A DNA stretch of 63,401 nucleotides, the filler included, from Conidiobolus incongruus B7586 (Eukaryota), in the NCBI GenBank assembly GCA_000697335.1. It is 11 parts of 11 records of this genome, joined end to end, with 100 filler letters (N's around TTAATTAATTAA, not from the genome) between each part and the next. Parts side by side here need not be neighbours in the genome. Positions count along the whole stretch, not along the records: positions 38,320 to 42,088 come from JNEM01006082.1; positions 42,189 to 45,133 come from JNEM01006083.1; positions 45,234 to 48,485 come from JNEM01006084.1; positions 48,586 to 54,720 come from JNEM01006087.1; positions 54,821 to 57,122 come from JNEM01006090.1; 6 more parts are not named here. The stretch is one strand, 5' to 3'. The notes beneath the pieces are model-generated. The model was not told the origin of the DNA. It saw only the letters and a program-made list of their open reading frames with translations, and searched no databases. The stretch's first letter is position 1. Every line of letters begins with the position of its first letter. The translations under genes were made by a program, and so were the position numbers. Positions 40,767 through 54,931 of the stretch are shown here, piece after piece.

Positions 40767-43700
40767 TGTTAAGAAACTAGTTCTTTAAATTCTTATATAC
40801 ACTTTCATATAATCCAATTAACTATAAATTATATGATTAATTTATACTTATATAGTTAAATTAATTGTATAAATAGTATTAAATTATCTAATAAACTAGG
40901 TTTTTCTTTTTTCCTCTTAATTCTTACTATTTTTACTTTTACACTATTTCTAAGATTGAGACTATATTCTATCAATATTATAGGATATTAACACTACCTA
41001 ATAAAAATCTTAATATATTAGTAACTCATCTTAGTTCAAAGCTTAATTAAACTTTGTTTACACTTGCACACTACAGCCATGTTATATTACCACATTCTAC
41101 ACCACACTACTTTTATATTAAGTTTTCCTCTGTACTATATTAGTTTAACTACCACTATGTTTATATAGTAGCAGCAACAAAACTGTTAAAAACCTACTAG
41201 AAATTAATAACTACTTGTATTTAACCTATCTATTACTATTTTAAATCTTATTTATAATTTATTTCATTTAAATTTAACACTATACACTATAATACCACTA
41301 AAAAAAGAGATACCCTTATATTATTTTAATGATGATAGCAGCTTAATTACTAAGTGAATCTAAGACTTTAGTTTTTAAAAGCTTACTACCCTCTAAGAAA
41401 CTTATATTAGACAACTTTTGATTGAAAAAAACATGTCTCAAAGAGTTTAAATCTAACAAACCAGCTACTTTACTATAATTAATACATTAAACCACCTCTT
41501 TAGTATCTTTAAAAACAAATTAACTATTTATGATAGCTTAAAAAACCTTTACAAGCTTAAAAACTACTTTAAAAACATGAAGAATTACCTTAATTTAATT
41601 CTTAATGAAGATCTAGAAAATATCCTTAAATTAGCTACTTTTTTTTTGGAAAAATCTACTTATACTTGGTGGTTAACTCATTACAAGCTTAATCCTAAAG
41701 AATCTTCAGGAGGATAACTTACTACAAAGATACAAACTTTTGAACAATTAGAAAAAACCCTTAAAGAGAGGTATTACTTAAAAGATCAAGTTTGATTAGC
41801 AAGAGAAAAGCTTTCCTAGCTTAAATAAAAAACTTCTACAAGATAATTAATTGAGAAATTTAATGAGATATGCTTAAACATACTAAATATCACTGAAAAA
41901 GAATAAATCCATAAACTATTACAATGCCTTAACCTTCAAGTGAAGCTTTAATTAGTTAGTAGGGAACACTTTGATAATATGTTTTTTTTTAACATTTGTG
42001 ATGCAGCAATTATAATTGATGATATCCTTTACTTTATAACTAAATCTTCCCACCCTAAAAATTAATTTTTTAAACTTTACTCTAACCANNNNNNNNNNNN
42101 NNNNNNNNNNNNNNNNNNNNNNNNNNNNNNNNTTAATTAATTAANNNNNNNNNNNNNNNNNNNNNNNNNNNNNNNNNNNNNNNNNNNNTAGCAAGAGAAA
42201 AGCTTTCCTAGCTTAAATAAAAAACTTCTACAAGATAATTAATTGAGAAATTTAATGAGATATGCTTAAACATACTAAATATCACTGAAAAAGAATAAAT
42301 CCATAAACTATTACAATGCCTTAACCTTCAAGTGAAGCTTTAATTAGTTAGTAGGGAACACTTTGATAATATGTTTTTTTTTAACATTTGTGATGCAGCA
42401 ATTATAATTGATGATATCCTTTACTTTATAACTAAATCTTCCCACCCTAAAAATTAATTTTTTAAACTTTACTCTAACCCACCTAAATCTTAAATGATAG
42501 ATGTTTCTACTTTAGGGTTTTATAAGAAAACCTTTAGTGAAGAAGTTAAAGCTTATTTAAGAGTAAACAAAGGTTGTTATTACTGCTAAAAGACTCAAGT
42601 TAACTATAAAGCTAACAAATATCCTTTTAGGAAACAACACCAATCTAATTCTCAACAATCTTAATCTGCTAACCATAAATCAAACCTGAATAATATTAAT
42701 ATAACTTTAGAATTACCCTTTTCACAATCAGTTAGCAGATTCTAATCTAATCTACAAAAGTTCCAATAAACCAATAATTCTACAAATTAAACTATGTATA
42801 CTAGAGAAATCTAACTGATTAAACCACTAGAAACTAGAAATATTCTAGTAACTAATCTACCTTGTGATTTTTTACCTTTAACTATTACCCTATTATTTGT
42901 GTTAACTAGTTTTTTTATAGATACACTTGTTAGTGTTTTAATTAACTCTGGTTGTTTTAGTTATATTATCTCCTCTTTTATTGTTGTAAAGCTATCTTTA
43001 CCTACCTAAAAAAATAACTTAATAATTAAATATGCTAACAACTTAATAGAACAAGCATCTAACACTGTATCTAAATACCTATCATTACCCCCTAACTATT
43101 CCTAATATATTAAATTCCTAGTTGGCAACATTGGTTATAATTTCATACTAGGTTAAAATTAGTTTGAATATCACAGTCTTATATCTATAGATATTACCCC
43201 AAAAAGCCACAAATCTATCTTTTTCACATTCCAAAAGAAATTAGTAGAATTAATCTCAAAAAATCTATATTACCCTACTATAAAACTATTAAATACTTTA
43301 CCTAACACTAACTCTACAATTATAGCAAATAATTTTATTATTATAAGTAAAAATCAATGTAAAAAGCTAATCAAAAACCTAAATAATCTATAGGGATATG
43401 TACTTGTTTATTATTCATCTATCAACACTTCATCTGTTGATTTTAATGAAGTTATATCTAATAACCACTTCCTATATAATACAGTGAGTTAATTTGCTAA
43501 TGTTTTTGAACTTGTGAATAGATTACCACCTAAACATAATATTAAACACAAAATTAAACTAATCCCTAGTATACAACTATACTTAAAACCTACTTACCAT
43601 TTATCTCTTGAATAATACCAAACCTTGAAAGAAGAAATCCAAAAACTACTTGAAAATAGGTATATTAGACCTTTTTCCTCACTATAAAAATCTCTAATCC

Positions 43701-46700
43701 TCTTTGTATAAAAGGTTGATGGTGGTTAGAGATTATATATTGATAACCATGTTTTAAACTCTAAAACTATTAAGGATAAAATTTTATTATTAAACCTATA
43801 TAATATTAAGGATAGATTACTTAAATCAACTATATTTACCAAACTAGATGTTAAAAATAGATATTATAACATTAGAGTTGAAGAAAACTCTATCCCTTTA
43901 ACTATTTTCAATACTTTTTTAAGCCACTATAAATTTACTATTATAAACTTTAAATTGTGTAATGCTCTTGTAACTTTTACTTGATTCATCAATTCCCTTT
44001 TCAACCCTGTTTTTAATGACTTTGTTATCACCTACTATGATAATATCCTGATCCATTTAAAAACTAAAGAAGAATATATTCAACATGTTAATTAAGTCCT
44101 ACAAATTATTCAAGAACATAAATTACCTTTGAAACTATTAAAATATATCTTTAATACCTCTTTTGTCTCTTTCTGTGGTTATATTGTTTCCTTTTAAAGA
44201 ATTAGTATTGATCCAACTAAACTCAATGGTGTTAAAGCTCTTACTATACCTATAAACAAAGATCAGCTTATGTTTATACTTAGATTATTGAATTACTTCA
44301 AAAATTTCATTGATTTTTTTGTTAAACTTGCTACTCCTCTTATTAATCTTTTAAAGAAAGACTCTCTTTTTGAATAAACTCCACTATACACTTTCTATAT
44401 AAATGCTTTAATTTTCTATATTACTAATGCTCTTGCTTTATCTATTTTTAATTTAAAACTACCTACTATTATTTTTACTAACTCTAGTTTTTTTGTAATT
44501 AGTGGATAGTTAGCTTAGTTTGAATTTAATTTATATTTTACCCTACAACTATAGGATAAAATAATAAATAAGGGAGAATAGGTTGAGTTTAACCCTATAA
44601 ATGTTACCTTAAAACCAATAACATTCTGGTTAAGAAAAATAAAACCAGCTGAATTAAAATACCTAGTTTATAAACAAAAACTCCTTGCTTTAGTAGAAAT
44701 AATCAAAAATCACTTACATTTCCTATCCTGCAACTTTTTCTTAACACTTACAAATCACAAATCACTTATCTACTTAAATACTCAGAAGCATTTATTAAGA
44801 AAATAAGTTAAATAGATTAAAACTATCTAAGCTTACCCTTTCTTTATTCAATATCTCCTAGGTTAATAAAACTATGTTGTAGATACTTTGTTAAAAAATC
44901 TTACATACCTACCCTTTTGTTTTAATTGTAAAAATCCAGCAAATATTAACTCAATGATTATTAATGAAGGAAATAAAGAATTTATTAAACTACTTTAAGA
45001 AACACTGCTAAATAATGATTTCTTTATTTCAGTTAAAGAAGAACTCTCTAAACTATTAGAAAACCAACTAAAATATGTTAAAAGATTTAAAATTATCAAT
45101 AACTTACTATACTATAATAATTATCTATATATTNNNNNNNNNNNNNNNNNNNNNNNNNNNNNNNNNNNNNNNNNNNNTTAATTAATTAANNNNNNNNNNN
45201 NNNNNNNNNNNNNNNNNNNNNNNNNNNNNNNNNAAAAACACTGCTAAATAATGATTTCTTTATTTCAGTTAAAGAAGAACTCTCTAAACTATTAGAAAAC
45301 CAACTAAAATATGTTAAAAGATTTAAAATTATCAATAACTTACTATACTATAATAATTATCTATATATTCCTGACATTCCCAAGATTTAACAAACAATAT
45401 TTGATGAATGCTATAACTTACCTGTTAGAGGACATCAAAACTAGTTAAAGACCACTGAGAGAATTAAAATAAGGTATTACTAGCTTTCCCTAGTTAAATC
45501 AGTTTAGAAATACACTAATACCTGTGATATATGCTAAAGTACTAAATATAATACTCAATTAAAATATGGTAAACTTATTCCCCTACAAGTCCCTAATGAA
45601 ATTTAACAACAAATCCAGCTTGATTTCATGGAAATCCTTAAATCAACAAATAGTTATAATAACTTACTAATTGTAATTGATTCATTTTCCAAATATGCTT
45701 ATTTTATTTCTTGTTTTAAAGCTTCTACAGCTAAAGATATTGCACAATTGTTATTCTCTAATATCTTTACCCACTATAGAATTCCACAAACTATTGTATC
45801 TGATAGAGACACACAATTCAACTTTTAATTTTAGAAGTTACTATCCTCTTCCTTTAAGATTAACCTAGCTATGTCTACTATTAATCATCACTAAACTAAT
45901 AAACTTGTTAAAAGAATTATTAAAACCTTGAAGCAAATAATTAGAGCTTATATTAACACTAATCAGTTAAATTAGGATACCTATATCTATTAACTCTAAT
46001 ATTCATTCAACACCTTTATTAATAGATCAACAGGTTTTAGCCTTTATTTCATCAATTATAGCAAACATCTTAACTTAATAATTACTCTAAAACTTCAAAT
46101 CAACTTACCTTTGGACATTGTTGAATTTTAATCCAATATCAAACATATCAATTCTTTTGTTAAATTTAACTTAGAAGAAAATTAAAGGATTATGGAACAA
46201 CAATACTCAAAGTTATCTAGAAACTCTCTTAAATATGAAACTAGTATGTTTGTATACTTAGAATAATCTGCCCTTAAACCTACCCTACTTAAATCTAGCT
46301 TAAATCCCAAATACTTACCATTATATTATGGTCCCTATAAAATTTAATCTATTGATTCAAATTTTGAAAATATTACCTTGGAATTACCTTTAACTTTGAG
46401 GATCAACCCTACCTTTCACATATCTAAAATTAAACCATACTTTGAAGATTTTAACACTTTTCCTAATTGATTAAAAACCCCAAAACTAGATCCAATTATT
46501 AATCAAGATAGAGAAGAAGAATACTATGTTGATTACATAATTAAGTTTAAATCTATTAGGAATAAGCTTTATTTTTATATAAAATGGATGGGTTATCCTA
46601 TTAAAGAAGCTACATAAGAACCTCTAGAAAATATTAAGAATACTTTAGCCTATTATACCTATTTGTAAAAAATTAGGGAGTGTGTCTCTTCTAAGAAATT

Positions 46701-47326
46701 TACTAGGGGAGTATTAAGAGACTAGTTTTTTAAATTCTTATATATACTTTTATATAATCTAATTAACTATAAATTATATGATTAATTTATATTTATATAG
46801 TTAAATTAATTGTATAAATAGTATTAAATTATCTAATAAACTAGGTTCTTCTTTTTTCCTCTCAATTCTTACTATTTTTACTTTTACACTATTTTTAAGA
46901 TTGAGACTATATTCTATCAATATTGTAGGATATTAGCACTACCTAATATAAATCTTAATATACTTTTATATAATCTAATTAACTATAAATTATATGATTA
47001 ATTTATATTTATATAGTTAAATTAATTGTATAAATAGTATTAAATTATCTAATAAACTAGGTTCTTCTTTTTTCCTCTCAATTCTTACTATTTTTACTTT
47101 TACACTATTTTTAAGATTGAGACTATATTCTATCAATATTGTAGGATATTAGCACTACCTAATATAAATCTTAATATATCAGTGACTCATCCTAGTTCAA
47201 AGCTTAATTAAACTTTGTTTACACTTGCACACTACAGCCATGTTATATTACCACATTCTGCACCACACTACTTTTATATTAAGTCTTCCTCTACACTATA
47301 TTAGTTTAACTACCACTATGCTTACA
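40767..47326 (+). mobile_element. Ty3/gypsy chromovirus LTR retrotransposon, copy 1, inactivated. LTRs 40767-41165 and 46712-47326
   Basis: TSD CATAT at 40762-66 and 47327-31. PBS-like TAGTAGCAGC (decayed TGGTAGCAG, tRNA-iMet type); PPT AGGGGAG. Remnant GCYYC knuckle, LINSG protease, RT YYDN, RNase H, integrase IVSDRD, GPY motif and chromodomain KWMGY..AT*EP. Confidence 0.95.
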
Positions 47327-48585
47327 CATATTATAATTATTATAATTATTATAATATATTAAATTATATTTTATATAAATTAAATGGAACTCAAATTATA
47401 TTATATTATTTGAAAAATAGAATAAAACTATAAATCTTTAAATTTCAAATATAGGGTTTTAAAATTAAAAATAAAAATAATACCTATTATATGATTTATC
47501 AAATATTATTATATATTATAATGAATATATTTTATAGGTAAATTTAAATTATAAGTAATATTACTAATAAATCATATTATCATTTTAATAGTCTTTAAAT
47601 ATATCAATATATATATTAAATTATTATAATAATAATAATAATTCCAAATATTAAAAGATAATAATAAGGATAATAATTAAAAAAAAAATTTTGTTAGTTG
47701 AATAATTATAATTAATTAGATATTAAAATCAAAAAATTAAATTAAAATTTCAAAATATTTTTTATTAATATTATATTCAAAATATATTTATAATTAATAT
47801 ATATTATTTTAATAATAATTATCAATAACTTCCTTTGATAAATAATTTATATTATAAAATGAAATTTTTTATATATAATTTATTTTAAAAATAAATTATG
47901 CCTTGATATTAAAAATTAAGTCAAAAGTTGCATATTTTAACTTTTGGATATATTAGATGATGAAAAGATTTAAATTAAAAATTAAATTAGTTGTAAATTA
48001 CAAATATCGATAATATTACTAACCAAAGATTTCAAAGATTTAATATTACCTTGGTTCTTGATATAATTATTAATTATAATATAATAACTTAAAGATTTAA
48101 ATAATCAATTTGTTTATAATGGAAAAAGGTTTTTTATTTTAATATTCTCAATCAAAGTTATATATCCAAGATAATTCATGGACTATAACTTATTTTCTAA
48201 GGGGTTGAAGTTTATCAATACTGAAATAAAGACTATGGATGGCTAATAAGGCTTTATAATATATATATATATAAATCAAAAAAAATGATAATATCCAATG
48301 ATATCATGGAAATGGCTTTATTATCAAAATACTTGCTTATATTATTTATCATCCAATATTTTATAAATTTTTTAAATTATTTATATATTTTTTTTGGATT
48401 ATATAAATTAAATATATTAATATATATTAAGAGTATAATAATATATTAAATATAATATAGTTTTGAATATTTTTATAATAAGAAANNNNNNNNNNNNNNN
48501 NNNNNNNNNNNNNNNNNNNNNNNNNNNNNTTAATTAATTAANNNNNNNNNNNNNNNNNNNNNNNNNNNNNNNNNNNNNNNNNNNN

Positions 48586-51500
48586 AATATAAAAATAGTA
48601 TAACATAGAATATAATATTATAATATTACTATAGTGTATAAATATAAACAAAGTTTAATTAGACTTTAAACTAAGATAAGTTATTAATATTATTATAAGA
48701 CTAGTTCTTTACATTCTTATATATATTTTCATATAATTTAATTAATTATAAATTAAATAATTAATATATACTTTTATAGCTAAATTAATTATATAAATAA
48801 TATTGAATTATTTAATCAACTAGGTTTTTCTTTTTTTTAATACTTATTATTTCTTATTTTTTCTATTATTTCTAAGTTTGAGACTATATCCTATTAATAT
48901 TACCTAATATAAATTTTAATATATTAGTGACCTATCCTAGTTTAAAACTTAATTAAACTTTGTTTATATTTGTATACTATAGCTATATTATAATACTATG
49001 TTTTATATCACATTATTTTTATATTAAGCTTTCCTCTATACTATATTAGTATTTACTATTATACTTATATAATAGCAATAATAAAACTATTAAAAACCTA
49101 TTAGAAAATAATAATTACCTATATTAAATCTATTTATTACTATCTTAAATCTTATTTATAACTTATTTTATTTTAATTTAACATTATACACTATAATACC
49201 ACTAAAAAAAAGATACCCTTATATTATTTTAATAATGATAGTAACTTAATTACTAAATAAATCTAAAACTTTAATTTTTAAAAACTTGTTGCCTTTTAAT
49301 AAGCTTATATTAAATAACTTCTAGTTAAGAAAAATATAACTCAAAAAGCTTAAATCTCACAAACTAGTTATTTTACTATAATTAATACATTAAACTACCT
49401 TTTTAATATCTTTAATAACAAATTAACTACTTATAATAGCTTTAAAAATCTCTATAAGCTTGAAAACTACTTTAAAAATATAAAGAAATATTTTAATTTA
49501 ATTCTTAATATAAATTTAAAGAATGTATTTAAAGTAGTTATTTTTTATAGAAAAATCTATTTATACTTAGTGGTTAACTTATTATAAACTTAATCCTAAA
49601 AAGTTTTTAAGGGGATATCCTATTATAAAAATACAAACCTTTAAAAAATTAGAAAAAGCTTTTAAAAAAAGGTATTACCTAAAAGATTAAGTTTAATTAA
49701 CAAGAGAAAAGCTTTCTTAACTTAAATAAAAAACTTCTACAAGGTAATTAATTGAGAAATTTAATAAGATATATTTAAACATTTTAAATATTATTGAAGA
49801 AGAATAAATCTACAAGTTATTATAATACCTTAATCTTTAAATAACACTCTAGTTAATTAACAAGGAATATTTTAATAATATTTTTTTTCTAATATTTATA
49901 ATATAGCAATTATAATTGATAATATCTTTTACTCTATAACTAAATCTTTTTACCTTTAGAATTAATCTTTTAAAACTTATTTTAACCTATTTAAATCTTA
50001 AATGGTAAATGTTTCTGTTTTAAAGCATTATGAGAAAACCTTTAGTAAAGAAGTTAAAATTTACTTAAGAGTAAATAAAGGTTACTATTATTGTTAAAAG
50101 ATATAAGTTAATTATAAAATTAATAAGTGTTTTTTTAAGAAGCAATATCTATTTAATTTTTAATAATCTTAATTTACCAACCACAAAATAAACTTGAATA
50201 ATATTAATATTATCTTAAAATTATCTTTTTCAAAATTTATTAGAAAATTTTAATCTAATCCATAAAAATTCTAATAAACTAATAATTCCACAAATTAAAT
50301 TATATATACTAGAGAGATTTAACTAATTAAACTACTAAAAACTAAAAATATTCTAGTAACTAATCTATTTTATAGTTTTTTACCTTTAACTATTATCCTA
50401 TTATTTTTTTAATTAGATATTTTATAAATATACTTGTTAATATTTTAATTAACTTAAGTTGTTTTAATTATATTATTTTTTTATTATTATAAAACTATCT
50501 TTACCTATTTAAAAAAGCAGCTTAATATTTAAATATGCTAATAATTTAATAGAACAAATATCTAATACTATATTTAAATATTTATCACTATTTTTTAACT
50601 ATTCTTAATATATTAAATTCTTAATTAATAAGATTAGTTATAATTTTATATTAGGTTAAAATTATTTTAAATATTATAATCTTTTATCTATTAATATTAC
50701 TCTAGAAAGTTACAAATTTATTTTATTTATATTTCAAAAGAAATTAGTAGAGTTAATCTCAAAAGATTTATATTACCTTATTATAAAACTATTCAATATT
50801 TTACCTAATACCAACTCTATAATTATATTAAATAATTTTATTATTATAAGTAAAAACTAATGTAAAAAACTAATTAAAAGTCTTAATAATTTATAGGGAT
50901 ATATATTTATTTATTATTTATCTATTAGTATCTCATCTATTAATTTTAATCAAGTTATAACTAATAGCTACTTCTTATATAATATAATGAGTTAATTTAC
51001 TAATGTTTTTAAACTTATAAGTAAATTACCTCTTAAATATAATATTAAATACAAAATCAAACTTCTTTTAAATATATAACTAAAAGCTTACTTATTATTT
51101 ATCTCCTAAATAATATCAAATTTTAAAAGAAAAAATCTAAAAATTAGTTGAAAATAAGTATATTAAACCTTTTTCTTTACTATAAAAATCTCTTATCTTC
51201 TTTGTGTAAAAAGCTAATAATGGTTAAAAACTATATATTAATAACTATATTTTAAACTCTAAAATTATAAAAGATAAAACTTTATTACTAAACTTATATG
51301 ATATTAAAGATAAACTACTTAAATCCACTATATTTATTAAATTACATATTAGAAATAATTATTATAACATTAAAGTTAAAGAAAATTCTATTTTTTTAAC
51401 TACTTTCAATACTCTATTAAATTATTATAAATTTACTATTATAGACTTTAAATTATATATTACCCTTGTAACTTTTACTTAATTTATCAATTCCCTTTTT

Positions 51501-54500
51501 AGCCCTGTTTTTAATAATTTTATTTTTGTTTACTTTGATAATATCTTAATCTATTTAAAAACTAAATAAGAATATATTTAATATATAAATTAAGTTTTAG
51601 AAATTATTCAAGAAAATAAATTATTTTTAAAGCTATCAAAATATATTTTTGGTGCTTTTTCTATTTTCTTCTATGGTTATATTATTTCTTCTTAAGGAAT
51701 TAACATTGATTTAACTAAACTTAATAATATAAAAGCTTTTACTATATTTATAAACAAAGATTAACTTATGTTTATACTTAGATTGTTAAATTATTTTAAA
51801 GATTTCATTGATTTTTTTACTGAACTTAAAACTTCTCTAACTAATCTTTTGAGAAAAAACTTTTTTTTTAATTAAACCCTATTATACATTTTTTACATAT
51901 ATGCTTTAATTTTCTATATTACTAATATTCTTACTTTATTTATTTTTAATCTTAAACTACTTATTATTATGTTTACTAACTTTAATTCTTTTACAATTAG
52001 TAGATAGTTAACCTAATTTAAATTTAATTTATATTTTACTATTTAATTATAAGATAAAATAATAAATAAGGGAGAATAAATTAAGTTTAATTTTATAAAC
52101 ATTACCTTAAAATTTATAATATTTTATTTAAGAAAAATGAAGCTAGCTGAATTAAAGTACTTAATCTATAAATAAAAACTTTTTGCTTGAGTAGAAATAA
52201 TTAAAAATCATTTATATTTCTTGTTTTATAACCTTTGTTTAGCAATTACAGATTATAAATTACTCATCTATCTAAACACTCAAAAGCATTTATTACAAAG
52301 ATAAACTTGATAGATTAAAACTATCTAAGCTTATTTTTTTTATTTAATATCACTTAAGTTAATAAAATTATATTGTAGATATTTTGTTAAAAGATTTTAT
52401 ATATTTATCTTTTTATTCTAATTATAAAAACCCAGCAGATATTAACATAATGATTATTAATAAAGGAAATAAAGAATATATTAAACTACTTTAAAAAATA
52501 CTATCAAATAATAATTTCTTTATTTTAATTAAAGAAGAACTCTTTAAATTATCAGGAAACTAATTAAAATATATTAAAAGATTTAAAATCATTAATAACT
52601 TACTATACTATAATAATTATTTATATGTCCCAAATATTCTTAAGACCCAACAAGCAATATTTAATAAATGTTATAATTTACCTATTAAAGAACTTTAAAA
52701 GTAGTTAAAAATTGTTGAGAAAATTAAAATAAAATATTACTAGCTTTTCTTAGTTAAATTAGTTTAGAAATACATTAATACTTATAATATATACTAAAGA
52801 ACTAAATATAATACCCAACTAAAATATAATAAACTTATTCCCTTATAAGTCCCTAATAAAATTTAATAACAAATCTAACTTAATTTCATAGAAATTTTTA
52901 AATTAATAACTAATTATAATAATTTACTAATTATAATTGATTTATTCTCTAAATATACTTATTTTATTCCTTGTTTCAAAATTTCTATAGTTAAAGATAT
53001 TATAAAATTCTTATTCTCAAATATTTTTACCTATTATAAAATTCTACAGACTATTATATTTGATAGAGATATATGATTCAACTTTTAATTTTAAAAGTTA
53101 CTATCCTTTTCCTTTAAGATTAATTTAACTTTATCTATTATTAATTATTATTAAACCAATAAACTTATTGAAAAAACTATTAAAACTTTAAAGTAAATGA
53201 TTAAAGCTTATATTAATACTAATTAATTAAATTAAGATACTTATATCTATTAACTTTAATATTTATTTAACATCTTTATCAATAAATCAACAGGTTTTAA
53301 CCTTTATTTCATTAATTATAACAAACATCCTAATTTAATAATTGCTTTAAAACTCTAAATTAACTTATTTTTAAATATTGTTAAATTTTAATCTAATATT
53401 AAATATATTAATTCCCTTGTTAAATTTAACTTAGAAGAAAATTAAAAGATTATAGAACAATAATATTTAAAGTTATCTAGGAATCATTTTAAATATAAAA
53501 CTAATATATTTGTATACTTAGAATAATCTACCTTTAAACCTATTTTACTCAAATCTAGCTTAAATCCAAAATACTTGCTATTATATTATAGTCCTTATAA
53601 AATTTAATCTATTGAATTAAATTTTGAAAATATTATCTTAGAATTACCTTTAATTTTGAGGATCAACTTTACCTTTTACATATCTAAAATCAAACCTTTT
53701 TTTTGAAGATTTTAATACTTTTCTTAATTGATTAAAAGCTTTAAAACACAATTTAACTATTAATTAAGATGGAGAAAAAGAATACTAAATTGATTACATA
53801 ATTAAATCTAAATTTATTAGGAATAAACTTTATTTCTATATAAAATAGATAGGTTATCTTATTAAAAAAGTTATATAAGAACCTTTAAAAAATATTAAGA
53901 ATATCTTAACTTATTATATCTATTTATAAAAATCTAAGGAATATGTTTTTTTAAGAAACTTACTAAGAGAGTATTAATAGACTGACTTTTTAAATTCTTA
54001 TATATACTTTTATATAATTTAATTAACTATATACTATATAATTAATTTATATTTTTATAGCTAAATTAATTATAAAAATAAAATTAAATTATCTAATAAA
54101 TTAAGTGTTTTTTTCTTTTTAATATTTATTATTTCTTATCTTTTCTATTATTTTTAAGTTTGAGACTATATCCTATTAATATTATAATATATTAACAATA
54201 CCTAATATAAATTTTAATATATTAGTGACTTATCTTAATTTAAAGCTTAATTAAACTTTGTTTATATTTATATATTATAGCTATATTATAATACCACATT
54301 CTATGTTATATTATTCTTATATTAAGTTTTCCTCTATATGATATTAGTATTTACCACCACACTTATAAATATATTAAGATTTATATTAGGTAGTGATAAT
54401 ATACTGTAATATTAATAAGATATAATTTTAATTTTAGAAATAATGAAAAAAATAAAAAATAGTAAGAATTGAGAGGAAAAAAAGAAACCTAATTTATCAG

Positions 54501-54621
54501 ATAATATAATGTTATTTATATAATTAATTTAGCTATAAAAATATAAATTAATTATATAATTTATAGTTAATTGAATTATATGAAAATATATATAAAAATT
54601 TAGAGAATTAGTCTTTTAACA
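48586..54621 (-). mobile_element. Reverse-oriented LTR of the same family, split by copy 2 (pieces 48586-48690 and 54368-54621)
   Basis: Both pieces are reverse complements of the LTR and join at the AATAT TSD. TG terminus at 54621; the other end lies in the gap. Confidence 0.85.
48691..54367 (+). mobile_element. Ty3/gypsy chromovirus, copy 2, more heavily mutated. LTRs 48691-49069 and 53972-54367
   Basis: Colinear with copy 1. TSD AATAT at 48686-90 and 54368-72. Decayed PBS and PPT. Confidence 0.93.
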
Positions 54622-54931
54622 TAAATATTATTATTAGTTTAACAAAAAATAATGGTAATTTTTTATTTTTTAATTTTTTAAGTATATTATTAATTTTGAA
54701 AAATTCATTATATATAAAATNNNNNNNNNNNNNNNNNNNNNNNNNNNNNNNNNNNNNNNNNNNNTTAATTAATTAANNNNNNNNNNNNNNNNNNNNNNNN
54801 NNNNNNNNNNNNNNNNNNNNTAATATTTATTTATATTTAAAGTATTAATTTATTAAAATTTAAAAAAAATTAATTTAACTTAAGCTTATTTTATTTTTAA
54901 GTAAAAAATTTTATGAAAAATTTAAAATATA

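Noticed and set aside
41808..42478. Exact duplications flanking gaps (also about 44997-45133 versus 45234-45370)
   Set aside because: Unmerged contig overlaps on either side of N gaps.
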